This document shows, one piece after another, positions 52,365 to 64,000 of a DNA stretch of 64,000 nt (its first letter is position 1; each line of letters begins with the position of its first letter). Under the pieces are notes generated by a model. The model saw only the letters and a list, made by a program, of their open reading frames with translations, searched no databases and was not told the DNA's origin. The DNA comes from Octopus sinensis. Lineage: Eukaryota. Location: contig NC_043005.1 in assembly GCF_006345805.1 (NCBI RefSeq), positions 94,612,001 through 94,676,000 on the forward strand, written 5' to 3'. A program made the translations under genes and the position numbers.

Positions 52365-52982
52365 TTGGGAAGGGTCAAAAGCGATTTTGACTCTGTGGAC
52401 CCCATCGGCCGCAATAGATCTGGTTTTTCCAGATTTCTTGAAAATGGCTGGCTGCAGGTATCCCGGTCAAAGGGAGAGGTGGATGTGGTCGAGGAGGCTT
52501 CAGCCTCCTCAACTCAAAAAGGATTAAAAAGGAAGAAGGCTGGTAACAATAGTTGCCCGCCGAAGGAACCTAAGGCTTCGGGAGGCGGGGGAGAGTCTCC
52601 GGACAAAGCGGAAGAGCTCCACTCTCCCGAAGTCAGGAAGAAAAGAAAAAAAAGAAGGAAGAAGAACGGGTCATCTCAGCGGGGAGATGATGTGCCATCT
52701 GCATGTCCCGAAGTTGTGCCACCCACGGTGGAAGAAACCACCCCCACCCTTAAAGATGATCAATTAATTATCTTTTTCTATAAGGGCGGGGAGGTGGAAA
52801 AAATAGTGGAAGAACATAAAGAGACAGTAGATATGCCCTTCACACGGGATCCCGAATGGCCTACGCAGATAGCTGTGGAGATCATAAGGTTTCCCTTGTG
52901 GGAAAGGCTTAAAGGATTTAGGGGAGGAGTGTCGCATATGGCCGGGTGGCCCTTACACGACTTACATGTTCTACATGAGTGA
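52365..52982 (+). other. Unassigned GC-rich ORF (205 aa), possibly a retroelement ORF1 C-terminus
   Basis: Stop-free over about 700 bp in GC-rich sequence, with a basic KKRKKRRKK tract and a short non-repetitive C-terminal domain. No homolog recognised. Confidence 0.3.
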
Positions 52983-53387
52983 GGCATGGGAAATGGCGGG
53001 ATACAGGAACTCAAGCGGAATTGAAGATAATGATGAATATATCGATGGATTTATCGAGGAGTAGGAGGTGAAAGACCCTCGTTATAGGGTTTGAAACCTC
53101 ATCTTATTGCATTATTTGTAGTGGTTTATAACCTCAATTGTGTGTTTTTTTAAAAAAAAACATGTTAAGTAAGAGGTTTTAGTGCCTCCTTCTTGTAAGA
53201 GGTTTGAAACCTCATATTGATTTTTTAAAAAAAGAAAATATGTTTTCGAGAAAAATCCAATCGGCGGGTGTTGGGTTTCGTCTCTCATTTATTCATTCTA
53301 TTTCATTTTCATTCATTAATGTGTTTGTCCAGCCCGCAAAACTACACACTCTTTGTACTGTCTATGATGACAAATTCTATGAAATAA

Positions 53388-53538
53388 AGTAGCTTGCTTA
53401 CAAACCACAGAGTTCTGGTTTCAGTTCCACTGCGTGGCACCTCGGGCCGACCAAAGCCTTGTGAGTGGATTTGGTAGACGGAAACTGAAAGAAGCCCGTC
53501 ATTTATATGTATATATATATATATATATAATATATATA

Positions 53539-53630
<92 letters not shown>

Positions 53631-53839
53631 TGTGTGTCTGTGTTTGTCCCTCCCAACATCGCTTGACAACCGATGCTGGTGTGTTTACGTTCCCGTAACT
53701 TAGCGGTTCAGCAAAAGAGACCGAGAGAATAAGTACTAGGCTTACAAAGAATAAGTCCTGGGGTCGATTTGCTCGTCTAAAGGCGGTGCTCCAGTATGGC
53801 CGCAGTCAAATGACTGAAACAAGTAAAAGAGTAAAAGAG
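53388..53839 (+). mobile_element. SINE family 1 copy, 5'-truncated
   Basis: Starts at AGTAGCTTGCTTAC; same body and GTAAAAGAG tail as the other copies. Confidence 0.85.
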
Positions 53840-56800
53840 TCACTGGAAACGTTCTTAAAGATCAATACTTCTTATGTAGACACGAGGCAGCACCAACACA
53901 CTGTCAATTCTGAATTTTTAATCAGTAATTTCAAATTATTTCTACTTTTCGTTCAGCTTAAAGCAAGAAATACATGCATGGAGTGTAATACGTAAATGCC
54001 CTGAAGATGAATACATGATACCTCTCAGTAAATAAAAAGGAATAGAGAAAATTATATACAGATATATACACATTCATAGGCTGCATGTGTAATTACGTGT
54101 GTCTCTGCTTACGACCACATTAGGCTCTAGATCAACTGCAAATACACGTTCACACGCATACGCGCGTGCGCATACACACATGTGCATGTATGCATTATAC
54201 ATATACATTTGCATGTGTTTGTATGTGTGTGTGTATGTGCGCGCGCGTATGTATATATGCATACATATGCATTTATATATCCTTTCTCCTTTACCAGTTT
54301 CATTTCGAGAATTGCGGTCATGTTGGGGCATCGCCTTTACCTTTGCTACACTTTCGCTACTTGAAACCCCCTCTGATCTGTGGCATTTGGTCAATGATGG
54401 AGTTTAATGCTGCTACCCTCATCTGCTTTTCTTGCCGCAAGGTAGGTTCATCCGGAACTCTTGACAGGGAAAAATGCAATTTTGTTTTGAAGATACATAC
54501 CCCCTGGAGATTTCTCAGGTTTTTTTTGTGGGGGTGGGGGAAGATATCGAAATGGCTTGGGACCTTGAAACCCAAGCTGTTGCAGTATCTGCTCCTGTAT
54601 CCTTTTCGGACATTTGGCCCTATGTAGTGGCGCCCCGTTCTACTGTTTGTGTATATGTGTTTATAAAAGTAGTATTTGTGTGTGCGAATACATGTCTTTA
54701 TGACGTATTTATGCACGAACAGAACGTTTTCCAAGTGATGGGATGGTAAAAAGAAAGCCAGAAACAAGCAAACAGATAGATAGAACCCGCCTCTGCTACA
54801 CACAAAACATACATATATCAGGTTCCCCACAGTTCCTGTTTATCAAGTTCACTCACAAGGTACTGATCAATCCAAGAAGAAAACTTATAATCCACGCCGT
54901 GGGACCGAACGCAAAACGACATGATTTCAAAGTGAACTTCGTCACACACTATGCGTGGGTGACTATAAGAGAATATGTACGTATGTAGTATATGTATATG
55001 TGTGGTGGAAATTAAAAACTTAGCTTCAAATCTATAATCCCCTTTGTATTTTAATCAGTGAATTAAATATTCAAAATGATTTAATTACAGGCTACAATAA
55101 ATTATATAAATTTATTTGGGAAACTAAAACAATGCTTAAAGGGAACTTCGCAAAACGACATGATTTCAAAGTGAACAGATAGCCATGCAGCCATACTCAA
55201 AAAATAATCTATAAAAGTCACGGTTTTCACCCTGGGCGTTATATTACTAAACATTTCTTTGTTTAACTGAGATTATTAAAAATTACAACGTCTATACCCA
55301 CATTGTTCCACACTCTACACAACAATGGGTGTATATAATACTGAACCATTATGTCTACGATAATCTCGTGAAAATCACAACATCCGGTCAACCTGGTTTT
55401 CACTGGTGTATTTTCGGCCATTGTTTTGCGGTCAAGGTCATTGCTTGTTTGCATCATCAATATTCTCCTCCCTCATTATTTCTCTCTTTCCTCATGATAC
55501 TCCTTCATCATGGTCCCTTCTCTCCCTCCCCTTCCTCTTCCTTTTTTCTCTTCCCATTTCTACTTGTTGAAACGATACAAAATATATCACAATAACAATC
55601 GGCTTTCTCGCTACAAACCTCGCCACAGTCGCCACAATCACTATCATTATAATAAACACGTGCATCAGGAAAAAAGTGTGGTAACTTCAGCACCAGCAAT
55701 ACCAACAAGAACAATAACACCACCACAACCATCACCACCTGCACCACGAAGTACTTTTTCCACCAACGCCACCACCACAACCACCACCACCACCACCACC
55801 ACCACATCACCACCACCACATCATCACCACCAACTCCACCACCACATCACCACCACCACATCATCACCACCACCACCACATCACCACCATTACCATCACC
55901 ACGTATTCTTCTATGATAACCCTATTTAACCTCCAGCATTGATATGCTTTTGGGAAAGTCAAACAAGCTCGTTTACTACAATGTCCAAGGAATATATGGT
56001 TTCGTGTGTGTGTGTGTGTGACATTAAAAGCCGTATGCTGTTTCAATGACATTGTAATAAATATATTAGCAATGCACAGAGTATCTGAAAAATTGTGGAA
56101 GTATATTTAGAACACATCTTAAAATACCCGCCGCTTCGTTTCTCTCGATCGTCAACCTAGTTTTCAATCTTTGTGTGCATGTGTATGTGTGTATGCAGGT
56201 ATAGACGGATCTATCTATCGACATAGTATCAATCTCTCCTCAGCGCTCTCCCTCTATCTCTCTTTCTTTCTCTCTCTCCCCCTCTCTCTCTCTATTTGTA
56301 TATATATATATATATATATACATACACACACAAGTAGATAGATACCTGTTACCTATCTATCTATCATCTTTTCTCTCTCTCTCTCTCCCCAAATACAATA
56401 TACATAAACACACGCACGTCTGCATGTGTGTATTTATGTAGTGATGGCTAGATATACTTCATTGGAACCTATAACTTCGTAATGCACACTCGAAGCAGGG
56501 TAAGATCTGGGATTTCAGGTGGACAAAGCTAGGCCAATTTCTTAGACGTACATTAGGGAATTTATGTAAAGTAATGTAAACTGAGACACCAAACAATAGC
56601 GTCCGGCGATTGAATGCAATAAGTGTTTCGTAAACTTTTCATACACCCCCCACCCACTATTCGACAAATGAAGTTGTTGACAGTCCCCAGCAAGAAGTTT
56701 CATCACTGACTAAAGAATAAAGTTTCATCCCCAACTAAAATCTTTTTGAGGAGCAATATATCATTGACTGATATGGCAGTCATATGCTTACACATCAACT

Positions 56801-58072
56801 AGTCTTATTGTCAGATAATTTTTGAACCCTTGACAAATGAAAATGCCTCACGCCATTTGAGAGAGTTGTTTGAGATAGAGAGCAACTTCGAAGCCTGCTG
56901 TATTGAATTGTATGGAATTAGTTCGAAATGAATTAAATCCATTGCAGGTGGATTAATATGGAGACTGTTTTGACCTTCCTGACTGAGCTAATTCTTCAGC
57001 TGCATTCGTACCTTAGAGTCGCTTGAAAGTTTCACGAATGGTGATATGTTAAGGACGGTTCCGATATATTTCTTGTTTTTAATCCTTTTCACTATTGCTT
57101 CGTTACGTTTCTTACTTTTAGCACAAGGAATAACCGTCATCTTATAATGGCATTTTTCTAAACTATGTAAAACGATGTGCGGATGTGATGTGCGCGCGCC
57201 TCTGTGAGTGTATATGTGTGTGTATGTGCTTCTGTCCGTGATTGTGCGCGTGTATGCCTCTGTATGTGTATATGTGTGCCTCTGTTCACGTGTCTCTTTC
57301 ACTTTCTGTGTATGTGTGTGCGTGTGCGCATGTGTGTGTACGTGCGTATAAACAAATGTTCGCAACAATATAACAAAACAATACAAAAATAAATAGAATC
57401 AAAATTATAACAAGATGAAAATTAGAAATGCTATGAGTGACTTTAAAGCTAATTGGACTTCTGAGGGTATCATCCCCCAAAGATACATGACTCCTAAGAG
57501 AAGGTGGAAAGGGTCCTAAGACAAGATTGCTCTGGTGGGGCACGCTTTCTATTTTGCATCCAGTATCTGACTGGATGATGCAAGTGAATCTGAAGAACAG
57601 ATTCATCTTTCTTGAAGTGGTGGCAATGATTTTACTCCGACCGAATATAGTTCTTCTGTTCGGGAGAACAAAACGATCTTCCTCTCATTACCCCTGGAAG
57701 TTAGCTACCGCGGATTCCTAGGAAGATCAATGCGCTGGGTATTGAAGAAAACTGGATTAAAACCTATATATCAAAAGACAGCCAGTAGGAATATCAGCTC
57801 AGAATAATTGTGGTTGACAAGAGATCAGAGATTGAACCGTTCTATAGGTAAAGGTTAATCCATTCCTCATTGCCACACTCGGACGATGCTTACAGCCTAA
57901 GGGGCGAAACGCTTGTGATTCTGGGATATCTATTGAAGGTACAGGAGGGTATTTTCAACATTGACGTAGATGTAGTCACCAGCAAGCGATTGGCTTGCAA
58001 CGTCTTTATATAACTCACATAATTTCTGTTTGAAGCAAATAATCTTTTCTGTTTTTTCACCTTTATTATATA

Positions 58073-58922
58073 CTAGCAGTATTGCCTGGCTCGTGCGCTC
58101 GTGCGTTCTATGCACGCGCGAATTAAGCTAAACTTGGATGAAGTTCAATCAAAATTCAATTATTTTGGTTTTAAAATCAAGCATTTAATGCCCTCTATTT
58201 TTGTGCTTATGTGTTCCATTTCCTCAATAGGAAGTACGTAGAAGCGTTTCATAAATTTTTGTTGATCAAATAATTGCATTGTTGAATTATTCTTTTAGAT
58301 CAGTATTTCTCAACGGGGATTTCAGGGGGGAGTTTCAGGGAGTCGCTGGCGATGTATCTTGATGATAAAAAATCCGGCCTGCTAAAATTTGGTTAAAGTG
58401 ATTCAAACTGCAGACTCAACGCAAAATGGTCACATTTAATTCAAAGCGTTAAACATGTTATGAAAACAATTGGTATGTGTTCACAAAGTCCAAACGATTA
58501 ATACGAAAAAACCCTCCAGGCTACATCCCGAAAATTCATTTCATTGCCGAATTTCTACAATGTTTACGGCGATTCGTTTTTATATCTTGATTTTATATTT
58601 TTCATGCAATTTACGCATGCTTGCACGCGCGGTGAACACAGTTCACGTCAAACAGCTGACTGAGTAAAGTTCACTATTCAATGCATGGGATAAAGCTTAA
58701 ACAAACACATTATCGATTTTTGCACTTGCGAGATGAATTTCGGAACAGAAATAGCGCAGTTCAGTTTTGATTTGCCTAAACTTTAAGTGACCCATTTTTG
58801 GTGGTTCTACGATTTGTTGGCTAGGAGGAGATGTGCTGGGAAGTTAAACACACAGACACACACACAGATACACACACAGACACACAAGTTGAGTTATATA
58901 TATATATATAGAGAGAGAGAGA
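58073..58922 (-). mobile_element. Non-autonomous Helitron (about 850 bp)
   Basis: 3' end ACTAGCAGTATTGCCTGGC (plus strand) matches that of 50007 (ACTAGCAGTATCGCCCGGC). 5' end A^TCTCTCTCTCTATATATA. The hairpin is degenerate. Confidence 0.65.
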
Positions 58923-58950
58923 TTACATAAATATCTGGCGGCTGTATGTG

Positions 58951-58987
<37 letters not shown>

Positions 58988-59425
58988 GCACATATACATA
59001 TATCATACATATCAAATAAAACTAGTAAATTAGCAGTGAGTTTTTTTGACAAGAAGCGTCAATATATCTACATAACACAAATTAGACTTTATGTATGAAA
59101 TAGAAGAGAATGTATTCAACACGTTTCTATGCAGTAATGAATGTTCCTACATTTGTATGTATACATCCGAATATGCAAATATATATAAAATTCATGATTA
59201 ACAAGTTCGCGAACATACCTACCAACTTACCAATCTGTGTACCGACCAATCTACATGTATTTCAGTTACTTTATCTCACTATGACTGATGCTTTTACAAT
59301 TCTACATTTTCTCTTTTTTTTTTCTTTTCTACCTGCACGTCGGAGATTCTCCGGAGTAATAAAGCTATTGGATCTGTTGAAATGAATGCAGTATCGAGAA
59401 CTTTTTCTTGTTCATTAATAACAAA

Positions 59426-59473
<48 letters not shown>

Positions 59474-59521
59474 GTAGCGGGGCCGCGCTTTGAGTCTATC
59501 ATTCAATCAACCTGTCTGTCA

Positions 59522-59598
<77 letters not shown>

Positions 59599-59640
59599 AG
59601 TCAAGAGGACATAAATAAAATCCTCATAAGTCAAGAGGAC

Positions 59641-60126
59641 ATAAATAAAATCCCCACCCACGTACATCTTGAGGATGGCCGCAAGTTATACGTAGTAGTC
59701 GAGGGCAGAAGGCCACGATGCTATACATGTGGCAGTGAGGCACACCTCAAAAAGGAGTGCAAATCTGCCGCAAAATTACACAACAACAACAGCCACACGA
59801 AAAATCACAAAAGCCAGGATTATTGCCCACCACAATATGGACAGCTAGTCAAGAAGCTGTATGCGGAAATGCAGGAAAAACAACAAAGAACAAGCCAACC
59901 CAACCAAACAACACCAACACCAGCGCCAAGAACAGAATCATCACCACCAACAACAAATAAACCATTCCAACACCAAGAACGACAGCAAAACCCAAAGGAA
60001 CAGAAAAACAAAGAAAACACACACAAACTGATCCCCCATCCCTTATACCGCACTCAACACACACAAACACTCAACAACCAACAACAACGAAAACAACAAC
60101 ACAACCACTTACACAGACATACATAG
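59641..60126 (+). pseudogene. Tx1-type ORF1 fragment with CCHC zinc knuckle
   Basis: Frame starting at 59641: INKIPTHVHLEDGRKLYVVVEGRRPRCYTCGSEAHLKKECK (C-x2-C-x4-H-x4-C), open to 60126. Confidence 0.8.
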
Positions 60127-60661
60127 AAGCCCACAACATACCCCTACCCCCTTCTGATTCCTCAGAAATTTCGTCGGAAGACGAAACCAGTGAGGAATGG
60201 CAAATAGCTACAAAAAGAAGGAAATAAAGAGCAGAAACACAACCAAACCAAATGCAAACACGAACAAAGCAGGGGGAAATACATCTCCCGAAGACATTTC
60301 AAAACCCAACGCAAACAACAGCCACACAACACCACAAAAACATATACAGCAAACATGCTCACAGCCATAGACACCAAAAACACAAATTTGATGGAATACA
60401 TCCAATCAAAAACAAACATAACAGAAGAGGACAAAAACAAACAATCACCCATACACAACACCACCAGACCACATCAAAATATTACACATCTCCAAAAGTC
60501 TGCACCACACACTCAAAGGCATTTTCCCCAGTGTGCGGTTGGTAAATGCCAAAAATATCTCACAAAGAACTGTACTGGGATCTTCTCGAGGACAAACCAA
60601 CGGAGGAGAAGCAAAACTTTCGAGCAGTAAGTACCCCTCTGTATTCTAATTCATTAGAACT

Positions 60662-63600
60662 ATGATCAAGATTGGTTGTGTAAATGCGCGTGGCTTGGGG
60701 TCCCCTTGGAAACAAGGGTACCTCTTAAATGACATAAAGTCACATAAGTTAGAAATCATAGCCATAAGCGAGACCAGACTCCACAATCCGCGGGCCCTAA
60801 AGACCATGTTTGGCGGACAGTTCAACATTTATTTTTCCCCCTGTCTGCCGAGATGGGCGGTAGTGGCACCGCGGTACTTTTTCACAGAGTCTGGATCTCA
60901 AAGTAAGGACAATATTCGTAGACCCGGAGGGTAGACTGGTCGTCCTGGATGTCGACGGCAGCAATGGGTGCGCTTTTCGACTCGTATCAGTTTACGCACC
61001 GCCCTTAACAGGTCGGGCGGATTTCTTTCAACACGTCTAGAAGTTTTCTTGGGAACGTCTCGTCCTTTACTCTTAGTGGGGGATTGGAATGCTACCTTGG
61101 ACACGCATGTAGACTACGTGGGTAGAGATAGGAATAGACGGGGATGCAAATGCCTCAGAGACCTGCTCAGACGCTTTCAACTGTCTGACAGGTCCCGACT
61201 AGACCACCCGAATGCGCCAACGTGGACATGGAGCAACCGCATCGGGTCGTCGAGATCGTATCTAGATAGGATACTGTGTAGGACAGTAGATAGAGATAGC
61301 ATAGGATGTCCACATTTCCACATAGTCAGCTACACGGATCACAAACTTGTGACATGTACGCTAGACTTAGGTAAGACACTTAGGCAGGGTCCCGGATACT
61401 GGAAACTAAACGCGTCTTTCCCATCGAGACAGGTTTTCAGAGACCGGATTAGCACACTAGTAAAGAGGGCTTTGACGGGAGCCATCATCAACACAAATGG
61501 TGGTTTGCCCTCAAGAGAGCAGTAAAAGCAGAAGCGATTAGGTACAGCAAAGCACTAGCCATAGATAGAAATAGAGTAGAGGGTGAGCTAGTTAAGAAGC
61601 TAGAAGAGGCAATTAGAAGCGGCATCGCATCCGACGTTTGGGCGGCGAGTTGGCCCTCGACCAACACTTCAACGCCAAACACACGAAGGATGTGCTGTCG
61701 CTAGAGCTAGGATGCGTGCTCTAAGGAACGAAGGTGTTGGAGCCGCGAGAGAGGCCCGGGTGGCAGAGGCGCAACAGGGCAACAAAGCCACCATTCGGTC
61801 ACTGGTAGATGAACAGGGGCGCGAATTGCTCGAGCCAAAAAAATGTGTGAGGCCTTTCAGCAACATTTTGCCCGACTGTTCGGAACGAGTGGAGGGCAAG
61901 AACGTAGGGTGGACTTCAGTGCCTACCTACATAGCCTACCACGACTCTCGACAAGAAAGGCAGGGTGCTGCGAAGGTGCCATCACGGCGGCGGAAGTGCG
62001 GGAAGCGATGGCAGAATGCTCGAGGGACAAATCACCGGGTTTGGATGGTCTACCCTACGAGCTTTACAATTGTATGCCAGACTTGTTTGGAGATCTCTTG
62101 GCGGCGGTGTACTGCAACTGGCAGCAAAACGGGAGCATTCCTGGTTTTGTGAGCCGAGGAGCCGTAACACTGCTGAAGAAAGATCTAAACAGGGAAATGT
62201 AATAGATAACTTTAGGCCCATCACTCTGCTTAATGCAGACTTGAAAATTTTGGCCAAGGTGTTAGCCAAGAGGTTGGCGCTTGTCATCGAGAAACTGGTC
62301 GACAAGGCGCAAACATGCGCCGTGCCAGGCCGGACCATCCATGACAACCTCCATCTGATGCGCTACATCATAGACAGGGTAGTTAACGAACCTGGCATGG
62401 TGGGGCCCTGATCAACTTGGATCAATCGAAAGCCTTTGATAGGGTAGACCATCGATACTTGGAGGCAGTCCTGAGAGCGGCTGGTTTCGGTCCCGTCTTC
62501 CGCGGCTGGATAGCTGCCTTGTACAGAGGCATCCGTTCGGTAATTCGCGTAAATGGACATCTATCGAGACCTTTCGACATTGCACGTTCGGTCCGTCAGG
62601 GATGCCCCCTCTCGGCGCTTCTATACGTATTGACTCTTGAGCCACTACTGCGGAAGCTGGCGACTCTAAGGGGCATCCCGCGAGAATTGGGATGCGGGAC
62701 GAGCGTGTCTGCATACGCGGACGACGTCACCGTCATAGTGTCAAGCCACGAGCACATCGAGCTGGTCGGTGAGACACTGAAAAACTACGAAGCGGTGACA
62801 GGAGCGAAAATCAACCGGGAAAAGTCAGTGGGCTTGCGACTAGGCACCTGGAGAAGCAAGCCCATGCCGTCCACCAGCGCCTCCGTCGTGGGACGCTGGA
62901 CCGACGGCCCGGTTGAGTTGCTCGGGGTCTGGTTTGGTCCGGACCTCCAAGTGGAGAAGAACTGGAACGAGATAACGAGTAGGGTGGTCACTCTCGCCCG
63001 GCAATGGGCCGAGAGGAAACTGTCCCTAAAAGGTCGAGCGGAGGTGGCGAACACGTACATCGCGTCCGTCATCTACTACCGCCTGACCGTCGTACCTTGT
63101 CCCGACCCTACCATCACCAAACTACAACGCATCCTCTTTCGCTTCTTGTGGAAAGGATGCGTCCCGATGGTCAGGCGATCCATTTGCTGTCAACACCCGT
63201 TAAAAGGAGGGCTGGGCATGCCGTGGTTGATGATGCGCAGACACGCGCTGAGACTGCGACATCTCTGGCTCTATGTAGACGACGGTGAACAGGTGTGGTC
63301 GCCGTTTGTGAGGCACGCTTTCCCGCAGCTCGTCTCCATGACCGAACTGCAGTCGTGGATCAAAAAGAGGCCGAGAAGGGCGAATGGCACCGCGAGTGTC
63401 GCGTTGCTCTCAAGCAACTCTGCCGTCCTGGGTCGACCTTAAGTGACTTCAACACAACCAAGCATTCTATAGGGGTTTAGTGGAGGGGAGGTACGACGAC
63501 GAGCTCGGGGCGAACCTGGACGTCGACGAGGAGTACCTGACCCGCCTGTTCGGGACGACTTTCGGGCCAGGGCCCATGGACAACTTCCAGAGATCCCTGG

Positions 63601-64000
63601 CCTGGCAGTGCTACCGAGAGAGCGCTACCCGTTCGGGATAAGCTCTACAGACACGGCTCGAGAAACACGGGGCCGACCTGCCCGAGATGCGGTCAGAGCG
63701 ACGAAACCGTTCTGCACGCACTCGTTCAGTGTCCAACAATTTCCGACCTGTGGGCTTATGTCGAACAACTGCTGTCACGTGTGGGACGAGTCGGTTTATC
63801 AGCTGAGTCTATCGTCAATATTGTCACGCCTCCTTCCTTCAACGGGAAGGAAGAGCTATTTTCATCATCCTTGTGGCTATGGCGAAAGAATGTATCTGGT
63901 GGACGCGTCTGAAAGGATTGGAGACAAACACTTTCCTCTCTGGTCAATCTCTCATCAACTTCTTCAAGTACCACTTGAAAAGGAAAGTGAGAGTAGAGAG
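60662..64000 (+). pseudogene. Tx1-type ORF2 (APE endonuclease, RT, C-terminal CCHC), frameshifted
   Basis: NARGL...ISETR, GDWN, YLDRI, TDHK, GPGYWKLN, KSPGLDGLP, FRPITLLN.D.KILAK, DQSKAFDRV, VRQGCPLS, AYADD, CPRCGQSDETVLHALVQC. Confidence 0.93.

Larger units (their letters stand above)
59598..64000 (+). mobile_element. L1/Tx1-clade LINE, degenerate, continues past the window end
   Basis: ORF1 remnant with a zinc knuckle, then ORF2 with APE, RT and CCHC motifs. Multiple frameshifts. Confidence 0.93.

Overview
AT-rich, microsatellite-saturated animal DNA, most likely an Octopus intergenic or intronic region (inferred from the tRNA/CORE-type SINE families and the Dong/R4, Penelope, CR1 and Tx1 load). 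I found no host protein-coding exon, and most ORFs in the supplied track are microsatellite artefacts. Recognisable content: a 5'-truncated Penelope-like element (RT thumb plus GIY-YIG, Naiad-type Cys linker) with an inverted ribozyme-bearing terminal repeat; a nearly intact R4/Dong LINE (one nonsense codon) in a cluster of older R4 fragments; an internally deleted CR1; a degenerate Tx1/L1 running off the window end; mariner, hAT-MITE and Helitron remnants; a Ulp1-like peptidase fragment; and several SINEs. The main hidden signal is RNA. I folded by eye seven complete type I hammerhead ribozymes in four sequence families, plus several minimal or decayed ones. Two families (8.1-8.76 kb and 28.4-29.8 kb) are ORF-less head-to-tail units of about 490-530 bp inserted in (TA)n. 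They share an unusual hammerhead with a long multibranched stem II and a common 12-nt motif, so they look like a retrozyme (circular-RNA) system that may depend on Penelope elements. All folds are manual and untested.
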